DNA of 64,000 bases from Candidatus Omnitrophota bacterium (GTDB lineage: Bacteria > Omnitrophota > Gorgyraeia > Pluralincolimonadales > Pluralincolimonadaceae). Where the stretch lies: assembly GCA_028716565.1 (NCBI GenBank), contig JAQUPL010000004.1, positions 4,236 to 68,235 of the forward strand. The letters run 5' to 3'. The notes under the pieces were generated by a model, which did not search any database, had not been told where the DNA came from, and saw only the letters and a list, made by a program, of their open reading frames with translations. A program made the position numbers and the translations under genes. Positions 9,905 to 20,230 of the stretch are shown one piece after another. The stretch's first letter is position 1. The number at the start of each line of letters is the position of its first letter.

Positions 9905-9907
9905 CCG

Positions 9908-10780
9908 TTATCCTTTTACGCCGGTGAGCTTTATCGACTCGACGAAGTAGCGCTGGGTGAAGATGAAGATTATGACGATGGGCAGCATAGCCATGACCGA
10001 ACCCGCCATCAGGAGATGCCAGTCGGTCGAGTACTGTGTCTTGAACGATTCCAGCCCTATCGGCAGCGTCTTCATGGCGTCGGTGTTAGTAACCAGGAGA
10101 GGCCACATAAAACTTCCCCAATTACCCATGAAGGTAAAGACAGTCAGCGTCGCCAGGGCCGGTTTCGAGAGAGGCAATATTATCGTCCAGAATATGCGGA
10201 AAAAGCTGCATCCGTCTATCTTCGCCGCATCTTCAAGGTCCTTCGGCAATGTCATGAAGAACTGCCTGAGCATGAACGTCCCGTAAGCGGAGAATATCGT
10301 AGGTATAATCAGGGCTTTATATGTATCCACCCACCCAAAGATCCTCATTAGCACATAGACGGGTATGATCGTGACCGATCCTGGGATCATCATAGTCGCC
10401 AGGTAGGCGAAAAAGAGTTTGTCTCTGCCGGGGAAAGTAAGGCGCGAGAACGCGTAAGCCGCCAAGGAACTTGTTAAGACCTGTCCGAACGTGACGGCGA
10501 GGCCTACTATTATAGAGTTCATATAAAATTTCGCGAACGGCACCACCCTGAAGGCCTCGGCATAGTTCTCCCATCTGAACATTGTGGGAACGAACATCTG
10601 TATCCAGTTCTTGGGCTGGACAAATATTGCGTTCAGCGTCTTCAGTGAAGTCGTCGTCATCCACAGGAAAGGCATTATCATCGAAATGGCGCCGATGACC
10701 AGGACCGCATAAGCGAAAAGCTGCAGTCTCTTTTCCTTGGAACCCGCCGCGCTCCTGCGCTTTATTTTCTTTTCTGCCAT
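9908..10780 (-). CDS. carbohydrate ABC transporter permease (MalG/UgpE-like)
   Basis: 6-TM permease with the EAA-like motif region. Paired with the upstream permease. No ATPase or binding protein is nearby. Confidence 0.75.
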   Translation of the reverse strand: MAEKKIKRRSAAGSKEKRLQLFAYAVLVIGAISMIMPFLWMTTTSLKTLNAIFVQPKNWIQMFVPTMFRWENYAEAFRVVPFAKFYMNSIIVGLAVTFGQVLTSSLAAYAFSRLTFPGRDKLFFAYLATMMIPGSVTIIPVYVLMRIFGWVDTYKALIIPTIFSAYGTFMLRQFFMTLPKDLEDAAKIDGCSFFRIFWTIILPLSKPALATLTVFTFMGNWGSFMWPLLVTNTDAMKTLPIGLESFKTQYSTDWHLLMAGSVMAMLPIVIIFIFTQRYFVESIKLTGVKG

Positions 10781-10792
10781 ATGGTCCGTCCC

Positions 10793-11725
10793 TTAGTAAT
10801 GGACAAGCTTCCCGCCGTATCTCCAATTGACGAGCGAGACGGCAAATATCACGATGAAGAGGAACCACGCGATCGACGCCGCATAACCGACGTTCTGCCA
10901 TGTAAAAAGGTTATTAAATACATAATACTCGATTGTGGTGGTTGCCAGGCCGGGACCGCCGCCGGTCATTACATACGCCTGCATGAAACCGCCCTGGAAC
11001 CCGTTAATTATGCTCATTATGAATATGAAGAACGTTGTCGGGCTTATCTGTGGCCAGGTTATCGCCCAGAACTTCTGCCAGCCGTTCGCTCCGTCGATTT
11101 CCGCGGCTTCGTAGAAGTCTTTCGGAATACCCTGTAGAGCGGCTAAATAAAGTATCATGTTAAAACCGCCGATGGATAACCAAAAATTCATTAACATTAA
11201 AGAGGGTTTCGCCCATCCCGGGGAATTGAGCCATAACGGCCCGGGTATAACGAAGCCGAGGAACTTCCCGATCCAGTATATTATATTGTTGAGCATCCCG
11301 AAATCGGGATTGAATATCCACAGCCAGAGTATGGCCACGGCCACTCCCGGGCATATCGAAGGCAGGAAGAAGAGCGTCCTGAAGACCGACTCGCCTTTGA
11401 TCTTGCGGTTGAGCGCGATCGCCAGGCCGAGGGACGCCATCATGCAAAGAGGAATCGAAAACATCAGGAAGACCGTATTCCAAAGACATTGCCAAAACCT
11501 CTGGTCGTTGGCCATGAACCTTCCGTTTTCGGAATGGAAACCAAGCAGATTGATGAAATTACGTATGCCGACAAATTCGGGCGGATTAAAGATGTCCCAT
11601 TTATAGAAACTCAAAAATAGAGAGACGAAGACCGGCAGGAAAGTAAAGATCATGAACCCGATGAGGTTCGGTGAAAGGAATAAATACGCCGCGAGCGTCT
11701 CTTTTCCGCGTGCCTTAAGTGCCAT
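10793..11725 (-). CDS. carbohydrate ABC transporter permease (MalF/UgpA-like)
   Basis: Polytopic permease typical of the CUT1 family. It is immediately adjacent to the cysS stop. Confidence 0.75.
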   Translation of the reverse strand: MALKARGKETLAAYLFLSPNLIGFMIFTFLPVFVSLFLSFYKWDIFNPPEFVGIRNFINLLGFHSENGRFMANDQRFWQCLWNTVFLMFSIPLCMMASLGLAIALNRKIKGESVFRTLFFLPSICPGVAVAILWLWIFNPDFGMLNNIIYWIGKFLGFVIPGPLWLNSPGWAKPSLMLMNFWLSIGGFNMILYLAALQGIPKDFYEAAEIDGANGWQKFWAITWPQISPTTFFIFIMSIINGFQGGFMQAYVMTGGGPGLATTTIEYYVFNNLFTWQNVGYAASIAWFLFIVIFAVSLVNWRYGGKLVHY

Positions 11726-13159
11726 CTATACCTTGCGCCTCCAGTAAGTCTTTTCTTTGTCGTCTTCCAAGATGATGCCCTTCCCGGACAGCTCTTCCCT
11801 TATCCTGTCGGATTCCTTGAAATCCTTCTTCTTCTTCGCCTCTATGCGGGCGTCGACCAGTTTCTGTATCTCATTATCCGACATACCCTTTGATGCTGCC
11901 TTGAAGCTTAAGCCCAGGATACCGCCCAGTTCCCGAACGGTATTTTCAAGATATTTTATCACAGAAGCGTCTTCATTTCTATCAAGTATTTTGTTCCCGG
12001 CGCTGACCAGATCGAAGAGCGCCCCCAAGGCGGCAGGCGTATTGAAATTATCGTCCATGCCGGACTCGAACGCGGCTTTTAATCCGTCTATCTCGCCGTT
12101 ATTTTTCGCCGCGGCAGCCTTCTTCCCGGCGAAGCGCCTCTCTATTTTGTCAAACAGGACAAGGAATCTTTCGTAGGCGCTCTTCGCCGCTTCCATCTTC
12201 TCCCACGTGAAATCTACCGGGTGCGAATAATGCGCGCCGAGAAAGAATATCTTCAGGACGTCCGAGGGATAACGCGCGAGGACATCCTTGATCGAAACAT
12301 AATTGCCGAGCGATTTGGACATCTTATCGCCGTTTATCGTCAAAAGCCCGTTATGTATCCAGTAATTCGCGAAGGACTTTCCTGTTGCACATTCCGACTG
12401 AGCGATTTCGTTCTCATGGTGCGGGAATATCAGGTCGCGCCCGCCGCCGTGGATATCGAAGTTGTCGCCCAGGTACTTCGTCGACATCGCCGAACACTCT
12501 ATATGCCAGCCCGGCCTGCCCTTGCCCCACGGTGAATCCCACTCCGGCTCGTTAGCCTTCGCGGATTTCCACAGCGCGAAATCGAGGGCGTCCTTTTTCT
12601 TTTCGGTCGTCTCAGCCCTCGTGCCTTCCAGCATCTGGTCCTTATCCTGGTTCGATAGCTTCCCGTAACCGCCTGACTTCCTCACGTCAAAATAAACATC
12701 TCCGCCCGCGGTATACGCATAACCTTTGTCTATAATGACGGCTATCATTTTTATTATATCTTTTATGTGCTCGGTCGCCTTCGGTTCCTTGTCGGCCTTG
12801 GCGATGCCCAGGGACGCCATATCCCCGTAAAAACTCTCCGTGTACCGTTGGGCGATATCTTTTACTGCGCTGTTCAGGTCCTTGCCGAAGAGCGGGGAAT
12901 TTTTATCTTCGATCTCGGAGCGCGCCCTGTTTATTATCTTGTCGTCTACGTCGGTGATATTTTTTATGAACGTTACTTTATATCCGCGGTATCCGAGGTA
13001 ATTCCTGATGAAATCGAATATGAAGGCGCTCCTGGCGTGGCCGAGGTGGCATTCATCATAGACCGTGACGCCGCAGACGTACATGCGGGCTTCCCCGGCC
13101 CTGATGGGTTTGAACTCTTCGAGCTTGCGTGTCAGGGTGTTATGTATGAGGATGGGCAT
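11726..13159 (-). CDS. cysS: cysteine--tRNA ligase
   Basis: Motifs [16 protein letters not shown] and KMSKSLGN. Length 477 aa. Confidence 0.95.
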   Translation of the reverse strand: MPILIHNTLTRKLEEFKPIRAGEARMYVCGVTVYDECHLGHARSAFIFDFIRNYLGYRGYKVTFIKNITDVDDKIINRARSEIEDKNSPLFGKDLNSAVKDIAQRYTESFYGDMASLGIAKADKEPKATEHIKDIIKMIAVIIDKGYAYTAGGDVYFDVRKSGGYGKLSNQDKDQMLEGTRAETTEKKKDALDFALWKSAKANEPEWDSPWGKGRPGWHIECSAMSTKYLGDNFDIHGGGRDLIFPHHENEIAQSECATGKSFANYWIHNGLLTINGDKMSKSLGNYVSIKDVLARYPSDVLKIFFLGAHYSHPVDFTWEKMEAAKSAYERFLVLFDKIERRFAGKKAAAAKNNGEIDGLKAAFESGMDDNFNTPAALGALFDLVSAGNKILDRNEDASVIKYLENTVRELGGILGLSFKAASKGMSDNEIQKLVDARIEAKKKKDFKESDRIREELSGKGIILEDDKEKTYWRRKV

Positions 13160-13176
13160 GAAATCTATTTAAGGTC

Positions 13177-13806
13177 CTAATGTTGCTTCTTTATGTGTCC
13201 GTTTATCCGGTCTATCTCGTCCTGGAGGTGCTGCAATGCCTGCACTAACGGATCAGGCAGGTTCGTATGGTCGAGCCTTATGCCGTGGACTATCTTGCCT
13301 TCCTGCTTGACGATCCTTCCGGGGACGCCGACGACAGTCGAATCATCCGGCACATCTTTGACGACGACGGCATTGGCGCCTATCAGGACGTCGTTGCCTA
13401 TCTTTATATTTCCAAGCACCTTCGCGCCTGTGCCGACTACGACATTATTGCCCAGCGTCGGATGGCGCTTGCCCTTCTCCTTGCCGGTGCCGCCGAGGGT
13501 CACGCCCTGGTACAGGGTGACGTTATCGCCTATTATAGCCGTCTCGCCGATGACGACTCCCATGCCGTGGTCTATGAAAAGCCCTTTCCCGATCTCGGCG
13601 CCCGGATGTATTTCTATTCCGGTCAGGAACCTTGCGTATTGCGATATCATCCGCGGGAGCAAAGGCACGCCCGCGCGGTACAGCGCGTGCGACATCCTGT
13701 AATATATGATCGCGTGGAGGCCGGAATAAAGCAGTATCACCTCAAACGTACTCTTAGCGGCCGGGTCGCGCTCGAAGACCGCCTTGATCTCCCCCTTGAA
13801 TATCAT
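13177..13806 (-). CDS. cysE: serine O-acetyltransferase (hexapeptide repeat)
   Basis: Aligns with CysE from [19 protein letters not shown] onward ([17 protein letters not shown]). The longer ORF (to 13875) adds a hydrophobic 23-aa in-frame extension that is probably not translated. Confidence 0.8.
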   Translation of the reverse strand: MIFKGEIKAVFERDPAAKSTFEVILLYSGLHAIIYYRMSHALYRAGVPLLPRMISQYARFLTGIEIHPGAEIGKGLFIDHGMGVVIGETAIIGDNVTLYQGVTLGGTGKEKGKRHPTLGNNVVVGTGAKVLGNIKIGNDVLIGANAVVVKDVPDDSTVVGVPGRIVKQEGKIVHGIRLDHTNLPDPLVQALQHLQDEIDRINGHIKKQH

Positions 13807-13875
13807 CGAGATAAGCCGGAACTTGATCGCGGCTATCACGATGAGCGCCAATACCACTATCAATAAGACTTGCAT

Positions 13876-14352
13876 CTATTTTATCTCCTCAACAGAAGCT
13901 ACTGCGTAAGCGGCTATCGCCTCTCCGCGGCCGATCGCGCCCACGCCTTCCTGGGTGGTGGCCTTTATGTTTATCCGGTCCCCGTCTATCCCCAATACCG
14001 AGGCAAGGGTCTTCTTCATCCTCGCCTTGAAAGGCAGGATCTTCGGCTCTTCCAGGATGAGGGTAGAATCGACGTTTATTATTTTATAACCGGACTTCTC
14101 GGCCAGCACCGCTACCTTATGCAGTAATTCGAGGCTGCTTATGCCTTTGAACTGCGGGTCGTTATTCGGAAAATGTATGCCGATATCGTCCTTTCCCATG
14201 GCGCCCAATATCGCGTCGCATATCGCGTGCAAAAGGACGTCGGCATCCGAATAGCCGTCGAGGCCCTTCACATAAGGGATCTCAACGCCTCCCAAGAACA
14301 GCTTTCGCCCTTCGATAAGCCTGTGGATATCATAACCGAGCCCTATTCTCAT
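13876..14352 (-). CDS. ispF: 2-C-methyl-D-erythritol 2,4-cyclodiphosphate synthase
   Basis: N-terminus MRIGLGYDIHRL. Length 158 aa. Confidence 0.95.
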   Translation of the reverse strand: MRIGLGYDIHRLIEGRKLFLGGVEIPYVKGLDGYSDADVLLHAICDAILGAMGKDDIGIHFPNNDPQFKGISSLELLHKVAVLAEKSGYKIINVDSTLILEEPKILPFKARMKKTLASVLGIDGDRINIKATTQEGVGAIGRGEAIAAYAVASVEEIK

Positions 14353-15041
14353 TTTTCACCCATTAGCATTTTGGCGTATCTAAGGTCTTCCTGCGTCGTT
14401 ATCTTAATGTTCTTATATGAGCCGTCCACGACCTTCACTTTTATACCCATCCTCTCGACCAGCGCCGAGTCGTCGGTCGCTTCCGCGCCCTCTGCGCCTT
14501 CGGCGAAAGCCTTATCGTATGCCCTTAAAAGGAGGTCCCTCCTGAAGGCCTGTGGAGTCTGGACGTCGACCAACGTCTCCCTCTTGAGCGTCGCCGCGAC
14601 AAAATTCCCCTTCTCCACCTCTTTTATGGTCGGTTTGACCGGCATGGCGGCGATAGCCGCGCCGAACGTCTCGGCCGCGCCGAGCACCGAAGATATCATC
14701 TTGTTGTCTATGAACGGCCTGCAGCCGTCGTGTATGATGACATAATCGACGTCTTCGCTGACGGCGGAAAGCCCGTTCTTGACCGAATCCATACGGCGCT
14801 TCCCGCCCGCGACAAGTTCCTTGAATTTCTTCAGTTTGGCCTTTTTGAGAAGCAGCCGCGCCTTCGGGAGGTCGGCCTGGTGCGCGACGACGATTATCTC
14901 GCCGACCAGGTTCGAATTATCCAGGACCCTCAACGCGTGCAGCAATATCGGGTCCTTCCCGAGCGCCACAAAAGGCTTATGGACTTTCGACTTAAGCCGT
15001 TCGCCTTTTCCTGCCGCTGCCACTATCGCAGCCACTTTCAT
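14349..15041 (-). CDS. ispD: 2-C-methyl-D-erythritol 4-phosphate cytidylyltransferase
   Basis: N-terminus MKVAAIVAAAGKGERL. Overlaps the ispF start by 4 nt. Confidence 0.9.
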   Translation of the reverse strand: MKVAAIVAAAGKGERLKSKVHKPFVALGKDPILLHALRVLDNSNLVGEIIVVAHQADLPKARLLLKKAKLKKFKELVAGGKRRMDSVKNGLSAVSEDVDYVIIHDGCRPFIDNKMISSVLGAAETFGAAIAAMPVKPTIKEVEKGNFVAATLKRETLVDVQTPQAFRRDLLLRAYDKAFAEGAEGAEATDDSALVERMGIKVKVVDGSYKNIKITTQEDLRYAKMLMGEK

Positions 15042-15051
15042 CTTCGGCCTC

Positions 15052-16044
15052 CTATCGCTGTGATTCCAGCTTCGCGAATATCATCCTTCCCGCCGCCGTC
15101 TGAAGGACCGACGTGACTATGACCTTCACCGTCTGCCCTATCAGGTGCCTGGCGTTGTCGATGACCACCATAGTCCCGTCATCGAGATACGCGACCGCCT
15201 GGTTATACTCTTTGCCTTCCTTTACTATCTTCGCCTCCATCAACTCGCCCGGTATGACCACGGGTTTCAGCGCGTTGGCGAGCTCATTTATGTTGAGGAC
15301 CGACACGCCCTGGAGCTCGGCAATCTTGTTGAGGTTATAGTCGTTAGTGAAGACCTTGGCGTTGAGCATCTTCGCGAGTTTTATGAGTTTCGCGTCGACG
15401 TCGTGGATCTCCGGAAGGTCCTCCTCATGTATCTTTACTTCCATATGCCCGGACTTGCGGATCTTGTTAAGCATATCGAGGCCGCGCCTGCCGCGGTTCC
15501 TCTTGATCGGGTCCGCCGAATCGGCTATCTGCTGCAACTCCTTAAGCACGAACCTCGGGATGACCAATTTCCCCTCTATGAACTTCGTATGGCATATGTC
15601 GGCGATCCTGCCGTCTATGATTACGGATGTATCGAGGACTATGATCTCCTCGCGCTGGTCCTCCCTCCTAAGTTTGACGTAAGGGATTATTATGTTGAAC
15701 TCGTCCTTTCCCCTTAACGCCATGACCATACCCAGATAAGCGAAAATGACTATAAGAACGCCGTTGACGTCTTCCGGCATGCTCATAAGCTTGAAGACCT
15801 CGATTATAAGCCGGGCGAATAATATACCGAAAACTATCCCGAATACCGCGGCCGAGAGGCCTTTTACCGAGACCCTCTTCGATGTAAATTCGAGCACTAT
15901 TATAAGAAGGCCGAGCAATACGCCGAGGCATATCCCGATTACCGGCGAGAGATCGCCGAACGTGGTCTTGAAGATATCGCCCATCCCGAAACCCATCAGG
16001 CCGCAAAGAAGCACAAAAAAAGCGCGCACGATCGTAAATGTCAT
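15052..16044 (-). CDS. yacL: PIN/TRAM domain protein with N-terminal membrane segments (YacL-like)
   Basis: N-terminal TM helices followed by PIN and a C-terminal TRAM-like region. Sits upstream of ispD-ispF as in B. subtilis. Confidence 0.7.
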   Translation of the reverse strand: MTFTIVRAFFVLLCGLMGFGMGDIFKTTFGDLSPVIGICLGVLLGLLIIVLEFTSKRVSVKGLSAAVFGIVFGILFARLIIEVFKLMSMPEDVNGVLIVIFAYLGMVMALRGKDEFNIIIPYVKLRREDQREEIIVLDTSVIIDGRIADICHTKFIEGKLVIPRFVLKELQQIADSADPIKRNRGRRGLDMLNKIRKSGHMEVKIHEEDLPEIHDVDAKLIKLAKMLNAKVFTNDYNLNKIAELQGVSVLNINELANALKPVVIPGELMEAKIVKEGKEYNQAVAYLDDGTMVVIDNARHLIGQTVKVIVTSVLQTAAGRMIFAKLESQR

Positions 16045-16076
16045 TTTTATTTCACCTCCCTTCCCTTGTTATTTTA

Positions 16077-16787
16077 TTACTTCTCTCCCCTGGGCTTCGA
16101 AAGCAATTTCCAGGGGTGAGCCTTAATATCCTTGACGAAAGCATCCAATTCGTTATACAGGCCCTCGTCCATAAATAGTTTCCCGACGGTCCCTTCCCCG
16201 GTCTTGACCTTGTCCATGACCGTGTTCGCCGACGCCATGAATTTCCTGAGGTCGAGCATCGTCGCCTTGAACGCAGCCTGCGTCTCCGGGTCGCCGATAA
16301 GCTTATTGAAATGTTTTATCGTATCGCCCAAACCGGTCGCTATCTCGTAGCCCTTCTCGGTCAGTTTCTCTATCGGCACCGACTCCCTGCCCACAAGTCT
16401 CTCGCCCGGTTTTAACGCCTCGCTTCCGGGGGTGCCCGGAAGGATCTCCACATACTTTTCCCCGATGAGCCCGAGCGTGTTTATGAACGCCTCTGCGTCC
16501 TTCTCGACCTTTATCTTCTTATCGAGCCAGACATACAGGTCGACGGCCATCTTGTTGGCTTCCTTGTTCTCCACGATCTCGATATTCTTTACCTCGCCGA
16601 CCTGGACGCCCGCGACCCTTACCGGCGCGGCGACCTCGATGCCGTTGGCAAAACCGAAACGCACCTTTATCGTATATTTCTGCTGGGCATACTTGAGCTC
16701 CTTCAGCGAAAAGATCATGGACATCAGTATAGCGATGCCTATCGCCACAAAGATACCGACTTTGAATTCCAAGTCCATCTTTCTCAT
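16077..16787 (-). CDS. mlaD: MCE-family periplasmic substrate-binding protein MlaD
   Basis: N-terminal TM plus MCE domain. Operon with mlaF and mlaE. Confidence 0.8.
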   Translation of the reverse strand: MRKMDLEFKVGIFVAIGIAILMSMIFSLKELKYAQQKYTIKVRFGFANGIEVAAPVRVAGVQVGEVKNIEIVENKEANKMAVDLYVWLDKKIKVEKDAEAFINTLGLIGEKYVEILPGTPGSEALKPGERLVGRESVPIEKLTEKGYEIATGLGDTIKHFNKLIGDPETQAAFKATMLDLRKFMASANTVMDKVKTGEGTVGKLFMDEGLYNELDAFVKDIKAHPWKLLSKPRGEK

Positions 16788-16812
16788 CTGAGCCTCCTCG
16801 AAAAAATGATCA

Positions 16813-17562
16813 TCATGAGTCCTCTGTTATCGGCCCTGTGGCCGCGCCGGTTATGAACTGTTTTACAACCGGGTTCTTGGTGTTCTTTATCTCGTCCGGC
16901 GTGCCGCTCTCGACGATCTTTCCCTTGTAGAGCATCGCGATCCTGTCGGCTATCTTATAGGCCGAGGTCATATCGTGCGTGACAGCGACCGCGGTGGTCT
17001 TCAGCTTCGCCTGAAGGTCCTTGATGAGGTCGTTCACCGCGTCCGCCATTATCGGATCGACGCCGGTCGTCGGCTCATCATAAAGGATTATCTTCGGGTT
17101 CATGCATATCGCGCGGGCGAGGCCGACGCGCTTCCTCATACCGCCGGAAAGCTCCGCCGGGCTCAGGTGTTCTATGCCCCGCAGGCCTACGAGTTCCAGG
17201 CATTCGGCCACCCTCTTGTCTATGGCCTTATCGTCCATCTTGCTATGCTCTATAAGATTGAATGCCACGTTATCGCGCACGTTCAGGGAATCGAAGAGAG
17301 CCGCGCCCTGGAACAGCATGCCGAATTTCAGCCTCAATTGATTCAGGCCCTTCGCGTCGAGCCTGGTTATATCCTGTCCGTCGACGATGACCTGCCCGGA
17401 ATCGGGCTTCATCAAGCCGATTATATGTTTCAGGGTAACGCTCTTCCCTATGCCTGAACGGCCTATGATCACGATCGTCTCGCCGTCCTGTATCGTCAGG
17501 TTCATATTGTCGAGGACCACATGGTCCTCGAACGATTTGCTTACATTTATCAATTCTATCAT
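16813..17562 (-). CDS. mlaF: phospholipid ABC transporter ATP-binding protein MlaF
   Basis: Walker A (GRSGIGKS), signature LSGGM and Walker B. Length 249 aa. Confidence 0.85.
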   Translation of the reverse strand: MIELINVSKSFEDHVVLDNMNLTIQDGETIVIIGRSGIGKSVTLKHIIGLMKPDSGQVIVDGQDITRLDAKGLNQLRLKFGMLFQGAALFDSLNVRDNVAFNLIEHSKMDDKAIDKRVAECLELVGLRGIEHLSPAELSGGMRKRVGLARAICMNPKIILYDEPTTGVDPIMADAVNDLIKDLQAKLKTTAVAVTHDMTSAYKIADRIAMLYKGKIVESGTPDEIKNTKNPVVKQFITGAATGPITEDS

Positions 17563-17634
17563 ATGTTAATCCCCTCGGGGATTAAATTCTGGCATTGGGT
17601 TTATCTCGCTTCGCTCCATAACCCAAGCCATCAT

Positions 17635-18420
17635 TTAAAATGCAAACCCAAAATAGAACAACGCGGTAAAGAGGCAGTCGGCAGCAATTATGAGTATGAA
17701 CGAGATGACGACCGCCTTAGTCGTCGCCGCCCCGACCCCCTCGGCGCCTCCTTCGACCCTCATGCCCTCGTAACAGGCGACTATGCATATTATGACGCCG
17801 AAAGCAAAGGCCTTGATGATGCCGGTGACGATATCTTTGATGTGAAGCGGGTTCCAGGTCATGTCCCAGTAAAGGTTATGGAGTATGTTCAGCCTCCAGA
17901 CACCGATCATATACCCGCCGAATATGCCTACGATGTCGGCGTATATAGTCAACAGCGGCAGCATGAAAAAGAGCGCGATGAACCTGGGCACCACGAGATA
18001 TTTTATCGGGTTCGTCGCCAGCGTCTCGAGCGCGTCTATCTGCTCGGTCACTTTCATAGTGCCGAGTTCGGCGGCTATCGAAGCGCCGATGCGCCCCGCG
18101 ACCACAAGCGCGGTCAGGACCGGCCCCAATTCCCTCGTGATCGAGAGCGCTACGAGGCTCGCTATATAAAGTTTCGCCTCCATCTTCTGCATCTGGTAAG
18201 CGCTCTGTAAGGCCAGGACCATGCCGGTAAAAAGGCTTGTGAGGAAGACTATCGGCAGGCTGTCTACCCCGATCTTGACCATCTGGTCCAGGATCTGCCT
18301 GCGCTTGAACGGCGGCACGAATACCCAGAACACCGTCCGCACGAAGAGGACGGATATCCCGCCGGCGTAACGGATAAAATTCAGGAACCTTTCACCCAAC
18401 GTCGTTATCCAACCGTTCAT
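17635..18420 (-). CDS. mlaE: phospholipid ABC transporter permease MlaE
   Basis: 261 aa polytopic permease of the MlaE/YrbE family. Confidence 0.8.
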   Translation of the reverse strand: MNGWITTLGERFLNFIRYAGGISVLFVRTVFWVFVPPFKRRQILDQMVKIGVDSLPIVFLTSLFTGMVLALQSAYQMQKMEAKLYIASLVALSITRELGPVLTALVVAGRIGASIAAELGTMKVTEQIDALETLATNPIKYLVVPRFIALFFMLPLLTIYADIVGIFGGYMIGVWRLNILHNLYWDMTWNPLHIKDIVTGIIKAFAFGVIICIVACYEGMRVEGGAEGVGAATTKAVVISFILIIAADCLFTALFYFGFAF

Positions 18421-18424
18421 ACTA

Positions 18425-20212
18425 TCAGAACCTCACCTTGTGTTCGACCCCGAAGAAATCCTCGTTCTCCTTCATCTTCAATTTCGTATTCGCCTGGTTC
18501 GCGAGTTTAGTCTCCGCGTCCATCGTCCCCTGCCGCGGCACCTGGTTGCCCTGTTGGGACTCGTAAGTCTTCAGGTTGACCTTGAACTGTTCGTTCGCGT
18601 CCGCCCCGGCCGCGTATTCCCCGCCGGCCGGCGATTTCATCGTACTCTCACCCGCCCACACGATCGTGTTCGGGTCGGCCTTTATAAGGACGTTGCGGAA
18701 GAGGCGCGGCGTCCCGACATCCCGCAGGTCCACCTTTCCTTCGAATAAAAGGACCTGATCACCAGTATAGACTTTTGAATCGATAAATTCAATAGCAGAA
18801 CTCTTTCCCCTTATAGTGATCTTCGCGGAATTGTATAGCACCGTGCTTATGTTACCGTTAAGGAACTCGAGCTGGCCGTCAATACTCGTCTCCTTGCCGA
18901 CGCCGCCACTGATGTTCATATCGCCGAAAACGAGCCCGGATACCGCCCCCTTCTCCATCGCGAGGTCGGTAAGGCCTTCGAGCTGCGCCCCCTTGAATTT
19001 AAAATGGAGGTCGAGGCCGCCCTTCTCTCCTGCGCCGACGGTGCCGTTCGCGTAAACGACATCTCCGTAATTGACGCCGGTCAGTTTTACTACGCCGTCC
19101 TTGAATTCATACGCACCCTTTACCTCCCTTACCGGATCGTAATTTATCACCGAACCGGAAGTGCTGAAATCGCCGGTCACCGACCCGAGTTTATTGTTCG
19201 CGTCATAATTAAGCCTGCCGGTAATGTAACAATTCGACAGGATATCGAATCCCATCGCCTTGAGATGATTGGCGTTCACCGTCAGGGTAAAATAGGGAAA
19301 TTTCGCGAAGTCCCCCGATATGCAGAACCTGCTGACCTCCCCCATCGCCGTAGCGTTGCCGCTTACGTCCTCCGGATACAAGTTTATGCGAAAACCCTTC
19401 TCCTCCATCTGGAGGACGCCGCTTACTATCGCTTCCGGTCCGAACTTGAAATCATTGAAGGCCAGCGCCCCGTCGGTCTTGGCGATACTGCCCGAGAAAT
19501 CCAGGTTCAGCTTATCGAATATATCAAAAGAGCCGCGCGCGAACACTTTGTCGAGGACGCCGTCGAGCTGGAGCTTCAGCGTGTAACCCTGGCCCTTTAT
19601 CAGGCCCTCCATCTTTACCGCCGACCTCTCTACCGGGAAGCCGACACTGCCTTTTCCCGTTAACCTCTGCCCCAGGATATTGGCGGCCATGTTCTGCGAT
19701 TCTATGCCGCGCTCGCTCAACCTGAAATCGCCGTTCACCTCCGTTACGACCGGGACTTCCTGTGCATTATAAAAAGAGCCGTCCTTTATCGACACGGCCA
19801 TCTTTTTCCACGCCGGCTCGAAAACCTTCGGGACCGGAGGCAGCTTATTCTCCGCCCCGAAAAAATATATCTTAGGCGATACGAAAGTTATCTTCTCCAG
19901 CTTGCCGTATTTCCCGAGGGCTATGTCCCATAACCGGTAATTAAGCTCGATCGCTTCCGAAGAGAAGAAGACCCGTTTAGCCTGCGAGGGAGGCGCGCCG
20001 TAGAGCCTGACGTCCTTGAGGATGATACCTCTGAATATCCCTCCCTCGAGGCCGGCTATCTCGCCTTCGAGCCCGATCTTCTCCCTCATCATGGCGAGGG
20101 ACCTGGCCCTGAATTCCCTGAAAAAATAGCTGCCCTGCAGATCTATGAATACGAGCACGGCCAGCGCCGCCAATCCCAGGATGACCAGCGCCGGCCTTGG
20201 TCTGTGTCTCAA
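18425..20212 (-). CDS. hypothetical membrane-anchored AsmA/TamB-like protein
   Basis: 595 aa with an N-terminal TM (ALVILGLAALAVLVF) and a long beta-rich, G/D/N-rich body reminiscent of AsmA/TamB-like lipid-transfer proteins. It sits directly after mlaE where mlaC/mlaB would be expected. Confidence 0.4.
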   Translation of the reverse strand: MRHRPRPALVILGLAALAVLVFIDLQGSYFFREFRARSLAMMREKIGLEGEIAGLEGGIFRGIILKDVRLYGAPPSQAKRVFFSSEAIELNYRLWDIALGKYGKLEKITFVSPKIYFFGAENKLPPVPKVFEPAWKKMAVSIKDGSFYNAQEVPVVTEVNGDFRLSERGIESQNMAANILGQRLTGKGSVGFPVERSAVKMEGLIKGQGYTLKLQLDGVLDKVFARGSFDIFDKLNLDFSGSIAKTDGALAFNDFKFGPEAIVSGVLQMEEKGFRINLYPEDVSGNATAMGEVSRFCISGDFAKFPYFTLTVNANHLKAMGFDILSNCYITGRLNYDANNKLGSVTGDFSTSGSVINYDPVREVKGAYEFKDGVVKLTGVNYGDVVYANGTVGAGEKGGLDLHFKFKGAQLEGLTDLAMEKGAVSGLVFGDMNISGGVGKETSIDGQLEFLNGNISTVLYNSAKITIRGKSSAIEFIDSKVYTGDQVLLFEGKVDLRDVGTPRLFRNVLIKADPNTIVWAGESTMKSPAGGEYAAGADANEQFKVNLKTYESQQGNQVPRQGTMDAETKLANQANTKLKMKENEDFFGVEHKVRF

Positions 20213-20230
20213 ATCGACACCGCTTTCGGT

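Noticed and set aside
13807-13875. In-frame hydrophobic 23-aa extension ([23 protein letters not shown]) upstream of cysE
   Set aside because: CysE homology starts at the next Met. The extension is probably untranslated intergenic sequence that happens to be open. A leader peptide cannot be excluded but there is no support for one.
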